From Eledone cirrhosa (Eukaryota): 64,000 nt of DNA. Positions 25,328-39,060 of this stretch are shown here, one piece after another; position 1 is the stretch's first letter, and each line of letters opens with the position of its first letter. Both the position numbers and the translations under genes were made by a program. The notes beneath the pieces are model-generated. The model made no database searches, had not been told where the DNA came from, and saw nothing but the letters and a program-made list of their open reading frames with translations. The stretch lies in assembly GCA_964016885.1 (NCBI GenBank), contig OZ024745.1:126852001-126916000 (forward strand). Direction: 5' to 3'.

Positions 25328-28300
25328 CATAAAGCACCCAGCACACATTGTAAATGTGGTTGGCGTTAGGAAGGGCATCCAGCCGTAGAAACCAAGCCAA
25401 AATCAGTTCTGTGTGAGCGAATCATGGTCCCCCGACCTGATCCCTCACAAAGGGATAACCTGTCCTACACATGCTAGCGTGGAAGATGGACATTAAACGA
25501 TGATGATGACGATACATATATACAAACACATATAGAAACTTCCATTATGATAGAGTAAACAGATTTATCTGGTATCGCTAAACTTAGAAATAAATGTTGT
25601 CTCTCTTTAAATAAAAAGTAAAATAATAAAAAGCGTCAGATAAAAGTATTGCATCTAACATGTTGAGAAGACATTTTTATTCTGTCAATGGAAATTCAAC
25701 TCTGTGCATACATAAATAGCTAACAGTAATTAGCTGAGTCAGAGATTTAAATCTCTATGACAAAAAGATGAGTAAAAAGAAAAGAGGATTTATGATGATT
25801 AAAACAAAACCATGTAAATGACTCATTGTTTGTCTAGAATAAAAAAGTAATGCTTTAAAATATATAACAGAAAACAGAACTTATGGAAAAAATGCAAGGA
25901 GATAACATGGACATCATCATCATCATCATCATGATCATTGTCATCATCATCATCATTGTCATCGTCATCATCGCCTTCATCATTGTTGTCATCATCATCA
26001 TACATTCATTTTTCCATGCTAGCAAGGGTTAGACATGTCATGAAATTCTTTGTTATAAAAAAATATATACTTAGAGGTAGATTAGAGATTTATTGTGAAA
26101 ATGTTATACATGACCATTTTAATGAAAAATAAAGCTTCTAAAATATGCCAACTAAATTAAGATAAAAACAGTTGTTTGCTATCCTTTGTTTATAAATACT
26201 TTTGACTTAATACCACCAAACATATATTTGAGATGCATACATTTCAAATTTTTCGAATATTTCTTAAGTCAAACCTCTTTGTGTCAGTGTTAGCAGCAGT
26301 AGGAGCAATGGCAGCAGTGAGAAAGAGGAAGTGGAAGAAATATTGATGATAATTTTTGGCTTTACACAAAGCTTCCTCTATAAATGGATAGTATAACTGA
26401 ATGAAAAAAAAAAAAGCAAAACATCAGTATATTAACAATACTTATGTTTTCCAGCGCAGTAAAAAAAGTAATCAACATAGGCAGTATTTAGACTGAGAAC
26501 TGTAATATTGTACTAAATATTGTAATGTACCTAACTTGGCTGCCAACTCATTTCACCAGTGATATTTAATTGATCTATTCTATGTCTCTACCATCTGTTC
26601 CAGTTCAACTGCCTCATAATATTATTAGTAATTATTGTTGGACCTCTGTCAGTTCCATCGATGAATGTCCCAGTTGATACAATCAATGAAATAGCCTGCT
26701 CATGAAACTAACATGCAAGTGATCAACCATTCCTTGAATATATGTCCCCTCAGCGTAATTCTCAGAGAGATTCAGCATGGCACACTATATGACAAGCTTT
26801 GCTCTTTGAATGACAAGTACATCTAATTATTGTCCGCTGAGTAGACTGGAGGAAGATAAAATAAATTATCTTACTCAAGGACACAAAATGCAGCTAGGAA
26901 TTGGAATCATGACCTTACAATTGTTAGACAAACACTCCTACCTTTAGTAATTATAAAAATAGCAAGCCTTGTTCCAAACAGTCTAAAACTTCATTAATTA
27001 TATTTTTATGAACAAGGAAGGAACTTGAGATGTCTGCTAGAGTTACTTTAAAACAGGACAATCAATAAAAGAGAACATTAATATGGAGGCTCCCATCCCA
27101 CTGCATGGTCAGTACCTTCACTTACAGCTCTATTGATGACCTGTCCAACCCTTGCTAGTAGAGAAAACGAACATTAAACAACGGCAATGATGACAATTCT
27201 TCTTCTTGTCATGTCCACAAGAGTGTCAGTTACAAAGCTTAGCTAGATGTGGTTACACCACAGCTGAACATATTGCTGTCCTTTCTCATTAAACTCTACT
27301 AAGTCCAATGCTGTGTTCCAGCAGGAGGCATATCAGGAGGTGCTGCGTAGTCTGTGGTTCGATTCCACAGTCTCACACAATGTCCCCATCCTTTAAATAT
27401 CCCCATTTTGCAAGAGTGACTTTTGCTGTCCAACACCAGATCTTAGTCTGTTTAGGCATTTCCACACTGCATAGTTTGTATCTGCTTCAAAGGGCAGTGC
27501 CTTGCTTGCCTTTAGCTCCATTGTTGTTACTGATGACAATAATGACTATAGATAACAATTTAGAAATAAAGAAGTATAACAAATAATATATATAATTTCC
27601 TAGGAATAAATGAAGCAATCAATATACAATATATATAGATAAAGGAAAATGTTGAATAAGAGCACAGTAGGGAAGTCAGATCATTGTGAGAAAGAGAAAT
27701 AAATACCCCCCAAAATACTATAAATGCATTAGGTACCAAAATAACTAGATACTGTATCAATGTAAAAATATTGGAAGTTAAATGTGCTGAGAAACATAAA
27801 CAAAGAATCAATGAAAATAGGATATAGAGTACACCAACTTCAAGTTGATATATCAAATATACTCAAATATAAGCCAAAGAATATGTGAACAAAAAAATCG
27901 ATGGTAGAAGAGGGGTCAGCTTATTTTCAGGGTTAATACTTTGAGGATTTTCACCAATTTCAAATTCTATGTAAATAAGATTTTAATTTTTGCCCATTTC
28001 TCAGACATAAAATATTTGTTTCTACTTTTGGCTCAAGGCCAGCAATTTGAAGGAAAGGAGAAAGTTGATTAAATCAACCTCAATGCATTACTGGTGCTTT
28101 ATTTATCGACCCTGTAAAGATGAAAGGCAAAACTAACCTCGGCAGAATTTGAACTCAGAACGTAAAGGGATGTAACTCTATGTCGCGCAGCATAGTGTCT
28201 GACACTCTACCGATACTGCCAATCCACCATCAAAATAAGGGAGTTGGATTATACTTGTATTGGCTTATATTTGCATATATGTGGTTAATAGGATGTATTT

Positions 28301-28506
28301 ACTACCACCCCATGAGATTATAGAACTAGGGCATTATAGTAGAAGAGGATGGGTTATTTGGCATGAAGCTATGATTTTGCAGTGGGGAGGCCACAAATTC
28401 TAGTTATTTTATTGTTCTATTGCTTGTAAGCATGTAAGACACATTATGTACACTGCATGTACTTGTATAACCCATAACCCATTGATCAGTCATATGTATT
28501 AACCAG

Positions 28507-28599
28507 TTCTTCTTCTTCTTCTTCTTCTTCTTCTTCTTCTTCTTCTTCTTCTTCTTCTTCTTCTTCTTCTTCTTCTTCTTCTTCTTCTTCTTCTTCTTC
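28507..28599. repeat. (TTC)n microsatellite (others at 22175-22218, 46703-46830)
   Basis: Directly visible. Here it forms the (GAA)n tail side of an RTE fragment. Confidence 0.95.
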
Positions 28600-28996
28600 A
28601 CACAATGATCCCCAAGCAAGGCCAGCCAAGCTCATCGATGTTATCCAGCCACCTTGCTCGGGGTCTATCTGTTGATTTTGCCCATAAAATCTATCCAGCA
28701 ATTCTTTCCTGAGACATTCTAACCACATGCCCATAGTATCGGAGCTGTGATCTCTCAATTCGGAGAAGTAGCGGCTCTACCTGGAGAAACTCTCTGAGCT
28801 ACACACTCTACCAAGCGGCATTGCTCCAAAGACCCTTCGGAGGAACCCCATTTTGGCCACTTATTTCAATCATTATCCAAGATTCATGATCATACGTAAG
28901 GGTTGGCATGAATACCGAATTGAAGGTAGCAAGTTTGGCTTTTACACCTACCTCCCTTCTTCTGATAACCAAATGCTGAAGCTTTTTATTAAGCAC
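28600..28996 (-). mobile_element. RTE LINE 3' fragment
   Basis: Encodes LQHLVIRRREVGVKAKLATFNSVFMPTLTYDHESWIM. Related to 43490-44040 and 62745-62982. Confidence 0.8.
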
Positions 28997-29299
28997 TAAT
29001 TATTAAAATACTTAACGAGGACCCCATTCTGAAATGGGGGTCCTACATTTCCCATGTAACCTGGATCTATTATTATATTTTCAGATGAAGAGAGGGGCTA
29101 AGTTTTACATGTAGCTTATTCCCTGAGCTTTGCACAGGGAATAAGAAAATAAAAGTGAATTTTAAAAATTTGAATTGTGGTGCATAAGAAAAACAAACAA
29201 TTAAGTATATTATCAACATTGAAAATCTGCAAGTAGCTGGGTCTAAGAATAATATAAGGCTATAAAATACAAGATTAATAATATAAAATACAATTACTC

Positions 29300-29702
29300 A
29301 AAGATATGATGAAAAGAAAGTAGCAAAGTAAACCCATATATGGAATGGTTCCATCAAGAAAGAACAAGTTTGTGATAAATATGAAAAGAAGCCAAAATTG
29401 GTTTACCAGTGATTATCTAAAATATAGGATGGAAAGTTTTATAATTGCTGACTAGAGCTTACCCACAGGGAATCTATCTGAACTATATAACTAAACATGC
29501 AGTGACGTGCAGAGATTTGGTAATTTTCAGGGTCAACTCATTGAGTGGATTAACTAAATATTGTTGTCAAGAACCATCAGGAAAGGAACTGCCATCTAAT
29601 CAAAAGATAGTGTATCTGAAAAAGAAATGAAGAAATTATCCAAATATAAAGATCTGAAAATAAAGATAGCCAGAATGTAGGGACTAAAAATAGAAACAAT
29701 CA
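29300..29702 (+). mobile_element. R4/Dong-like (REL endonuclease) retrotransposon fragment
   Basis: Encodes VSEKEMKKLSKYKDLKIKIARM*GLKIETI (cf. EKLSKYKDLEIEI.RMWG) and an upstream KPIYG segment. Confidence 0.6.
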
Positions 29703-30151
29703 ACCAGAGTGATATGTCATGTGTTTGTGTGTGTGTGTTTATATATATATATATAAATGTAATTGATGGAGGCACATGGCTTAGTGGTTAGAGCATTTAT
29801 ATAAATGTAATTGATGGAGGCACATGGCTTAGTGGTTAGAGCATTGGCCTTGCAATCGAAAGGTTGTGAGTTCAATTCTCAGACCGGGTGATGCATTGTT
29901 TCCTTGAACAAGACACTTTATTTCACATTGCTCCAGCTTACTCAGCTGTAGAAATGAGATTATAGGGACTGGGGTCCATATCATTCCACTGCAAAGTGGT
30001 TGTGGAAGTGCCACAGCAAAAAAGCACCCAGCACTCACTGTAAATGAGGTTGGTGTTAGGAAGGGCATCCAGCTGTAGAAATCAAGCCAGAATCAGTTCC
30101 CGTCCCACCCTTGCAAGCAGGGAAAAAGCGGACGTAAAATGAAATGAAATG

Positions 30152-30690
30152 AATAACCCCGGTCGTTCTATCGTTTTCGCCTGTAACTTCCCACTGAAAT
30201 CATTTCACAATACCTTAACCTTAATACCCTCCTCACCTCCTTAGTCACTGACTCCCACATCTGTGACACCAATCATACCCTGAGACACCTTCTCCTTCTT
30301 TCCTGGCCCCTCTCACCTTCTCTTCATCCTGGACATCACCTCTCTATGTGCCATCATTACTCCACACTCTCCGACACATTTTGACTAACGCCCTACCCCT
30401 TACCCTAGCACTTCCACTCTTCTCCATCTTGCTAAGCTTGTTCTGATCCTCAATGGATTTTCTTTTTCCAGAGAGTTTTACCAGCAGGTCTCTGTGGTAG
30501 CCATGAGAACCAGAATGGGCCTGAACTATGCCAACTTGTTTGTTAGCTACGTCAGGACCCAGATCTTCTCCCAGTAAACTGGATATACCCCTGAGCTATA
30601 CAGTCATTACATCAACAACAGTATCAGTGCCAACCCTCTTTCCTGAGAACTTCAGTCTTTTCATCCTGCTCTCATCTTCACCATCTAATT
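30152..30690 (+). mobile_element. Penelope-like element RT fragment (degenerate)
   Basis: Encodes NNPGRSIV...LDITSL...FYQQVSVVAMRTRMGLNYANLFV...YINN, corresponding to the PLE motifs PGRPIV, GVAMGTRMGPNYANLF and YIDD. Confidence 0.8.
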
Positions 30691-31369
30691 ATATTTAAAT
30701 GGTGCGATTTTGAAATTCTCATAGTGGAGAATATATTTATCAAGTATCAATATATTGATATTTAAAATATTTTCAATGTCATTTAGAGTATAGTTTTTGT
30801 TTCACACCTCCATTATGTAATGATTTTTTTACAAATTTCCAATATCAAAAACAATAAGGAATACGAATTTCACTTCTAAAGTGAAACTGGTATAATATTA
30901 CATCTGAAGTGAAAATATTGACCTTGAATACAAGGCAACCCGTGTACCCCACCCCCAACCCCCTGTTTTATCATCGATTTTTTTTTTGTCACATATTTCT
31001 CAGTTTATATACAAGTATATACAGTATTTTATAAACCTAAAAAAATAATGCCTTCTAAATTTATTTTATGCAAAAGCATATTTGTAAATATAGTAATTTA
31101 AAAGTAAATATATAAAATTATAACAGCATTCAGCTGAATCAGCTAATTTCAGCTTAAACTGTACTCTAAAAAAAAAACAGACTGGGTTTTTATTTCTTCT
31201 TGATCTTATTGATTCTAAAATCAATATTGCAAGAGTATTTAACATTTAGCATGTATTTGTAATCATGGATTAATGAAATAATAATCTCTTTCTCTCACTA
31301 TATACACCCCCCCCCCACACACATATATAAATATAAACAGATATATATATATATATATATACACACACG

Positions 31370-31426
<57 letters not shown>

Positions 31427-31564
31427 ATAATAAGTATGGACAAGGTGTCAAATTATTAAGTTTATTCAGGTGTGACACGCGTTTCACAATTGATTAGCTC
31501 AAGGTTCAATCTCTATCAATCAGGCTTGATTCTGGAATCAAACATTCATGAAACTTCTGTTTGT

Positions 31565-31782
31565 TTAACTCTTTAGTATTTGCATTACTCTATATTTACT
31601 ATTATATTTTCACAGTATTATGTAATTATCTCACATAATATTGAATCTTTGAGATTTTGGTATTATTTAATTTGAGAACAATACCTTAACATCAGTATGA
31701 GCGGCTGGTTACAGCTAGTTTGAACAGAAAGAGTTGTGAGAATTCTGGCCGTATATGGCCGGTTTAAATGCTAAAAGGTTAA
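31565..31782 (-). mobile_element. piggyBac-type MITE family 1
   Basis: TTAA-bounded, TIR aatgctaaaagg. Confidence 0.85.
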
Positions 31783-32179
31783 TGATGGAATGTTTTCCGT
31801 ACAGCTTTAAAAAATATATATCTGTTCTCATTCATTTGGAGTGGTCAGTTGTTCTTTGTTTTGATTGGTTGTTTTGGGAAGAAAAAATATGTGAAGAGGT
31901 GGGAGAGGGGAAGGGAATATATAGAAATAAGAAAGGGATTGAGAATATGTTTGAATGGTGGTGGGGTACATCCAATGGTAAAGGTGGGGATGGAGTGAAA
32001 TGTAGACCGTTTTAAGATTGGTGTATATGTGGTGATATGAAGGGGTGGAGGTAAGATTTAAGGAATGATAAGAGATGATAGTGAAGCAGAGAGGAGAGGG
32101 GGACAAGAGGTTGATGGGTAGTACAAAGAATGTCCTGTATTTCAGGGTCATTGAGGCAATAGACAATAAAAATAAAAGT

Positions 32180-32385
32180 AGTGTGCAAGAGAGAAGACAA
32201 TGTTGGTATGGACATGTGATGTCTATGGAAGATAGCAGCTGCATAAAGAAATGCAGAGAAACCCCAGTAGCTAGGACCTGTGGAAGTGGCAGACCCAGGG
32301 AGACATGGGATGAGGTTGTGAAGGCTGACCTTAAAAAGTTAAACCTTACAACAGAAATGACTAAAGACTGCATAGCACCAACCCT
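32180..32385 (+). mobile_element. RTE LINE 3' fragment
   Basis: Encodes VQERRQCWYGHVMSME...GSGRPRETWDEVVKADL (RTE C-terminal motif). Confidence 0.75.
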
Positions 32386-32554
32386 TGCAGTTCTGAAGAC
32401 CCAGCCTGCAGCACACAAGATGACCTGACCCTCCACCTTCCATGCATTAACAGTTATTCTCAACATCAGTACTTCACCCCCCCCCCCCTATCCACCTACC
32501 ACCACCACCACCACACACACACACATTCCTAACACTGGGCGCGCCTGCCCTGTG

Positions 32555-32950
32555 AAATGGTTGGTGATAGGTAGGGCATTCAGCCATGGAGGGCTTACCA
32601 AACAAAGGGGCAAGAGGACCCTTCAGTCATATCAAGGACATGACAGCCTTCCTAGTTTTAGTGATCTACACAATAAATACACCCAGTACACAATGTTAAG
32701 TTGTTGGTGATAGGGAGGGTACCCAGCCATAGAAATCTTTCCAAACAAAGGGTTGGGAGGACCCTCAGCTATGTTAAAGGCATGACAACCTCTCCTGAGC
32801 ACTCGGTGGAATGTGAGACTCTACATAAGCAAGACACAGATCCCTGGATTCAATGGATCCACATGAATACTGACTTGGTCTGTAAGGACTCATCCAACCG
32901 TTGCTAGCAGGGAAAGAGGACATTAAAACGACAATGAAGTGATAATGATA
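32555..32950 (+). mobile_element. GAT-tailed repeat with an internal ~150-bp duplication; copy at 60750-61128(-)
   Basis: ttggtgatagg...caaacaaaggg...ggaccct...catgaca occurs twice, followed by the gctagcagggaaa...taaaacgacaatga tail. Confidence 0.7.
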
Positions 32951-33371
32951 TATATATATATATGTATGTGTGAATAGTAAACAGAAACAATATAGCAGGC
33001 AACACAGTACAATGAAGAAATATATTAGTTAAATGCTAGATATAGTAGAAAGAGTCTTTACATTTCCCTATAGTGGTAGGAGTCAAAGGCTTTGTTGAAA
33101 CCGGATTAACTCACTCCTCAAGGGTCTTGGACTGGCAGCAAAGGTAATGAAACACCTTTCAAGGACATTATCATAGGCAGATGGGAAAGCGAGTTACTAC
33201 ATCTGGCTCAAAAGAGATGAATGGTGTGCCTGATACATTAAGGTGGATGGAAACATGTTGCTCAGTCATCAAATTTCCTGCTGTTCTGATGCATTGAAGT
33301 GGCCAGAGTCACAGAATTAAATTCACCAAAGATTGTGCTGTTGTGCAAGTGTTTCATCAACACATCAGTAC

Positions 33372-33597
33372 TTAACCTTTTAGCATTTAAACTGGCCATA
33401 TCCAGTCAGAATTCTCTCACATCTTTCTGTTCAAACCAGCCATAATTGGTTGCTCATACCAATGTTAAGGTATTGTTCACAAAATGAATAATATCAAAAT
33501 CTTGTAGATTTAATTTTATGTGAGATAAATATATGAGATAAAGTGTTTACTGTAAAAATATAGTAAATATAGAGTAATGTAAATGCTAAAGGGTTAA
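33372..33597 (+). mobile_element. piggyBac-type MITE family 1, full length
   Basis: TTAA|ccttttagcattta ... taaatgctaaaggg|TTAA. Confidence 0.9.
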
Positions 33598-36500
33598 TCT
33601 TCGCAGCTGACCACTAGACAGGCAGGGGGCCCACGTCTCTGTTATGTAAGTTTCCACACTCTACAGAGGGTAGCTCTGGCATTGTAGTGGAAGGGACTGA
33701 AGCACCTACAGAATTACTTCACTGCCTGATGAGACATCTACTCCTGCATTCAGAGATGAATTACAGTAGCACCCTCATCACAGATCTGTGTTTATCAAGC
33801 ATATTTATTTATTTATAAAGTATATATACACATTTAATCTCCTATTTAAGTACCATACATATTAGGAATTTAATTGTTTGATTAATCACTTTATGTCATC
33901 TTATGTTACTTAACTTTATTTATTCATTTATCTTCCTATATAATCCTTACACCAGTTTATATATTGATCTGTATATCATTTACATTTTTATATATATATA
34001 TTTGCTTATTTTTTATATAATTATACTCTCATTTTACATCTGTTTTGTCCTACAAGTATTTTCCTTTATTCATATCGAACTTCACCAGAAAATTGGCAGA
34101 GTCCTTAGAATGTCTGATAGAATACTTTGCAGTATTTGTTCTGGTTCTCTGTGCTCTGAGTTTAAACCCTGCTGAGGTCAACTTTGCTTGTCAACCTTTC
34201 GAGGTTAATAAAAAAAGTACTAATCCAGTACTGGAGCCAATTCTTCCTCTATATCTCTTTCTCACTTCCTCTCTATCTCTATTCTCTGGAAGAAATCGGC
34301 TATGTTCAGACCTGGAACAGAATATGCTCTGCCAGGTTTAAAATGCCCAAGACCTGCTGTATTTCACTACAGCACCCTCATGACTCCAGCAGGGCACCTT
34401 AATATCCTTTAATAATTTCACAGGGCACCTTAATATCCTTTAATGTATTTATTGTGATGTATCATTGATCTTATCACTTTTATTGATATATATATTGATA
34501 AACAATAGGAGATAAATATCTAGAGCTTTGTGAGATGCTACATCTTATTGAATAATATCATGGCTCACAAGTTTTCCAAATTTTCCAACTCACTCATAAC
34601 ATTAACATCCAATATCCTTGTAAATTAAGCATTACATATTTAATGGTGCTAAATATAAATGTCATGGTTACAGCAGACTTTGCCCGTCATGGTGATTGAT
34701 GGGCTTGCTCAACAAACCCATCCAAGTATAAGCAGCAACTGACCATTATAAAGTACACTAAATTTGTGACACCAGCAACACTCCAGTCATTTGACACTCA
34801 ATTTAACACCAACTCCTAGCTTTTGAATGCCTTTAGAAGAATCTACCCTGTTGCAAGTATTCAAATCTTGTCTCTAGTTTAAAAATATCTTCTTCCTTCC
34901 CTTACTGAGCATTAAAAAAAATTACCTTTATTAAAGTCTAAATTTTCAGGCAGAAATTCAAGTATCTTAACCATTAATGTTATTTCAATAATTCAGAATG
35001 TTAAAATATATTTTTAGATACTAAAAAAAGGCATGTTGAAAATATTTCTACTTTGAACTCAACCTTCAGAGATATTCTGAGTAAATAAAGATAGGAAGCT
35101 TTGATACAAAAACTAAACTAAAATATGAATGGGTATTCCATGGTTATGGATATTGCATGCTTATTTTCCCCAAGTAAACTTTAGTAATGGTTATGAAAAT
35201 ATTTGGCAGAAATTGAGAATATATTTTATTGAATACTTCTCTGAAAAATATTCTGGAATATTTGCACCATTATTACTTTTTTTTAATTTTTATTTGAGAT
35301 ATTTTAATACCCAAATTATTGAATTGCTTTTATTAGAAAAAGTTAGGTTGAAGAGAGAATGTTCATAAGAATTTTCCATTTTAAAAACACTTTATTTTAA
35401 TTTAGCTTTGCTAAAACAGATTACAGTTATTGACATATTTTATTAAAATGAATATCAATTAATGTAAATGCTGATGGAATACTATTCACACATATTGTCT
35501 GCTCAAATTACCTGAGAATACTGGACAAAAAAGGAAATGTTAACAATTTGTATTAGAAAAACATTCCAACCAAATTGGAATCAATTCAAATTAATGTGTT
35601 ACATTACACATTCTCTTTCTTTCATTTCATTTGATTGCTTTATTTTCTTCTTTTTCTAATAATATTTTTGTTAGCATGCTATTCAAATAAATTCTATTTG
35701 TGTTATACCAAACTGCCTCCTTTCATATCCAGTGCAGTTACACCTTTATGTAATGCATTTATCTGTTCAGATATTCTGCCCCATACACATTTTTTTTTCT
35801 TTCTTTATATAAGAACCTTTCTAAAACAAATTTCTGATAATTATACATCATCTCCAAACTATAACTAACAGAAGCATTATTTTCAAATTACAAAGGGCGG
35901 TAGATTAGCAGTATCGGTAGAGCATCAGACACCATGCTTTGCAACATAGAGTTATGGTCCTTTACGTTCTAAATTCAAAACCCACTGAGGTTAACTTTGC
36001 CTTTCATCCTTATGGGGCCGATACATAAAGCATGAGTAATACACTGGGTAATTGCTGGCCTTGTGCCAAAAGTAGAAACAATTATTTGTAATGTATTTAT
36101 GTGTTCAGATATTCTGTCCCATACACTTTTCTTTTCTTTCTTTATATAAGAATCTTTCAAAAACAAATTTCTGATAATTATACATCATCTCCAAACTATA
36201 ACAGAAGCATTACAATGTTTCTCCATTTTTTGTTTTCTGTTTCTTTTTTTTTTTTTTTTTTTTATATATTTCATATTCATTTTTTAATTATTTTTATTAA
36301 GGTCTAAGAGTAATGAAATTGTGATTTATCAATTGATAGAGCTTGATTATAATGTATCATTATCATCATTATCTTTTAACAACCGATAGTAATGGTGCAA
36401 TGGGCTGGCACTGACCATGTCCACATTCATCAGAACCACTGACCTCTCAGATGATCCTAAGACCTCTATGTTACGTTGTCGCACTCTATTGGGTGCACAG

Positions 36501-37151
36501 ACAAACAAGGAACCTACAACTTACAAGACATTCCCATGCGCTACCAAGTGCATTTTATCAGAGCAATAGCACTAGAGAGATTAACATCATTTTTACATTC
36601 ATTTGCATATACTCACCTTCCCATAGATACAAGCTGAAGCTGAAACATACATACACCACCCTCACCTCCACCTCACTCGACTCTTTCATACATCTCCCAC
36701 GAGGACAGGCTGAAGCATACATCTCATGACACCTCCAGCCCACACTATAAAGGGGTCATGTTGGTGACACAACAAAAGGCGCCCAGCCTACACTCTAAAG
36801 TGCTTGTGTAGGTGTCACCACAAAAAACATCCAGTACTCACTGTAAATGTTGTTGGCATTAGGAAGGACATCCATGTCAAAATCAGTTCTCTATGAGCAA
36901 GACATGGTCACCTGACCTGGCATTTCTCACTACAGGACAACTTGTCTAACACATGCAAGCGTGGAAAAATGGATGTTAAACGGTGATGATGATGATGATT
37001 ATGATACATACATACATATTTATTTATTCATTTAACATCATTTTTACAGCCACTTATATATACAATAAATGTATCGGATATTGACAGACCTGTGAATGAG
37101 TACTTAGTACCAAAGTAGTGTTTAAATATTCTTTATTATGACTAAGTGGTG

Positions 37152-37206
37152 AGTCTTGTTATTCTGGAATTTCACCTGTGCACTCACAGAATCATCAGAC
37201 AAGTCT
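37152..37206 (-). ncRNA. Type I hammerhead ribozyme motif
   Basis: Minus strand reads cttgt CTGATGA ttctgtg-agtg-cacaggt GAAA ttc-ca-gaa TA acaag. U.U mismatch at the base of stem II. Confidence 0.72.
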
Positions 37207-38775
37207 TGTTACCATATATAAAGAATATTGTTGTTTCCTTGAGCAAGACACTTTATTTCACATTGCTCCAGTTTACTCAGCTGTAGAAATGAGATGATAG
37301 GGACTGGGGTCCATATTATTCCACTGCAAAGTGGTCGTGGAGGTGCCACGGCAAAAAGGCACCCAGCACTCACTATAAATGAGGTTGGTGTTAGGAAGGG
37401 CATCCAGCTGTAGAAATCAAGCCAGAATCAGTTCCCGTCCCACCCTTACAAGCAGGGAAATGCGGACATAAAAATGATGATGATGATGATGATGATATAT
37501 AAGATGAGCATCTCGCTACAGAAAACCTGACAAACAAAGGGTCAAGAGGGCTCTTCGGTTGTATTGAAGACATAACAACTTTCATAGTGCTATGATAAAA
37601 TGCACCTAGTGCACTCTATAGAGCATGGAAACTTATATAACAGCCTGTCTGAGTGGTCAGCAGCAAAGATAAGTACTGACTTGGTCTGTGGTAATCAACC
37701 CAATTGTTGCTAGTATGGAAAACAGATGTTAAATGATGATGATGATCATGATGATATATTACACACACATACACACAAACACACATGCACTTTATTACAA
37801 CTCTTGCACTTTGTTCGTGACTCAAGGGCCTAGAGTTTCGTGCTATGGGAACTTATCTAACTGGACAATGTATAGCTAGTATTAATCCTTTATACTGCGA
37901 AGCATCAATTCAGGGAATAAGATAGAAATTAAAAAAGCAAACAAATATGTACACTGAACAAACATTAAGAATACTTTGTGGTTTTATCAGGGTCCTAAAG
38001 TTTCATGCCAAAATATATTTTAAAATGAAATAAAAAAGAAAAAGTTAGGAAATGCATTTATAGCATTGTTATAGAATCAATAGAATGTTATAATTGATAT
38101 AAAATATATAGCCCGTTTAACCCATGCTAGCGTAGAAGATGGACGTTAAAAGAAGATGATGATGATCATCATCATTGATTTCTAATTGAGGCATAAGGCC
38201 AGCAAAATTGGAGGAAGGAATATGTTGGATATATCAACACTAGTACTTAACTGGTACTTTATTTTATCTATGCTGGAAGGATAAAAGGTAAAGTTGAACT
38301 CAGTGGGATTTGAACTGAGAATGTAGAAAGTTGTAACAAAATATAGCAAAGCATTTTGTCCAAAGCTTTACTGACACTGCTAATCCACCGCCCTAAAGAT
38401 ATAGTTTATATTACATTATTACAATGTGGATTGGCAGTATCGGTAGAGAGCCGGACGCCATGCTTTCCAGCATAGTTATGTCCCTCTACGGTTTGAGTTC
38501 AAATCCCGCCGAGGTTAACTTTGCCTTTCATCCTTACAGGGTCGATAAAATAAAGTACCAGTAATGCACTGGGTAATTGCTGGCCTTGTGCCAAAAGTAG
38601 AAACAATTATTACAGGACATAGGGCAGTGTATTGGCAGTATCGGTGGAGCATCAAACACCATGCTTTACCCTTTACGTTCTGAGTTCAAATCACGCTGTG
38701 GTTAACTTTGCTTTTCATACTTATGGGGTCGATAATATAAAGCACCAGTAATATGGTATGTGTATGCATATGAGT

Positions 38776-39025
38776 ATGTGTATAACACAGAGGAGACTGA
38801 GGTTAGCTGGAGATGCTCACCGACATCCAGAGTTGACACTGCACTCAGTGCTCCTGTGGGAGCCCCTGCATGGACACACTGGAAGAGGAAGACCAAGGTT
38901 AACATATGTTGATGCCCTAAGGACAGACACTGGTCTGTGGGAGACGCAGGACATGGCAGCGATAATGAGGGACAGAGACCGCTGGGGAGAACTCGTCCAT
39001 GGATCTTGGGAATTTTACCCGCTCT
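38776..39025 (+). mobile_element. RTE LINE 3' fragment (related piece 45700-46060)
   Basis: Encodes RRLRLAGDAHRHPE...LLWEPLHGHTGRGRPRLTYVDAL...RDRDRW. Confidence 0.8.

Positions 39026-39060
<35 letters not shown>

Noticed and set aside
29815-29890. tRNA-like sequences with A and B boxes
   Set aside because: These are SINE heads. There is no proper cloverleaf and they continue into the SINE core.
31465-31495. Half hammerhead (GAAACGCGTGTC on minus strand) beside (TA)n
   Set aside because: No CUGANGA partner found; the element is interrupted by a MITE.
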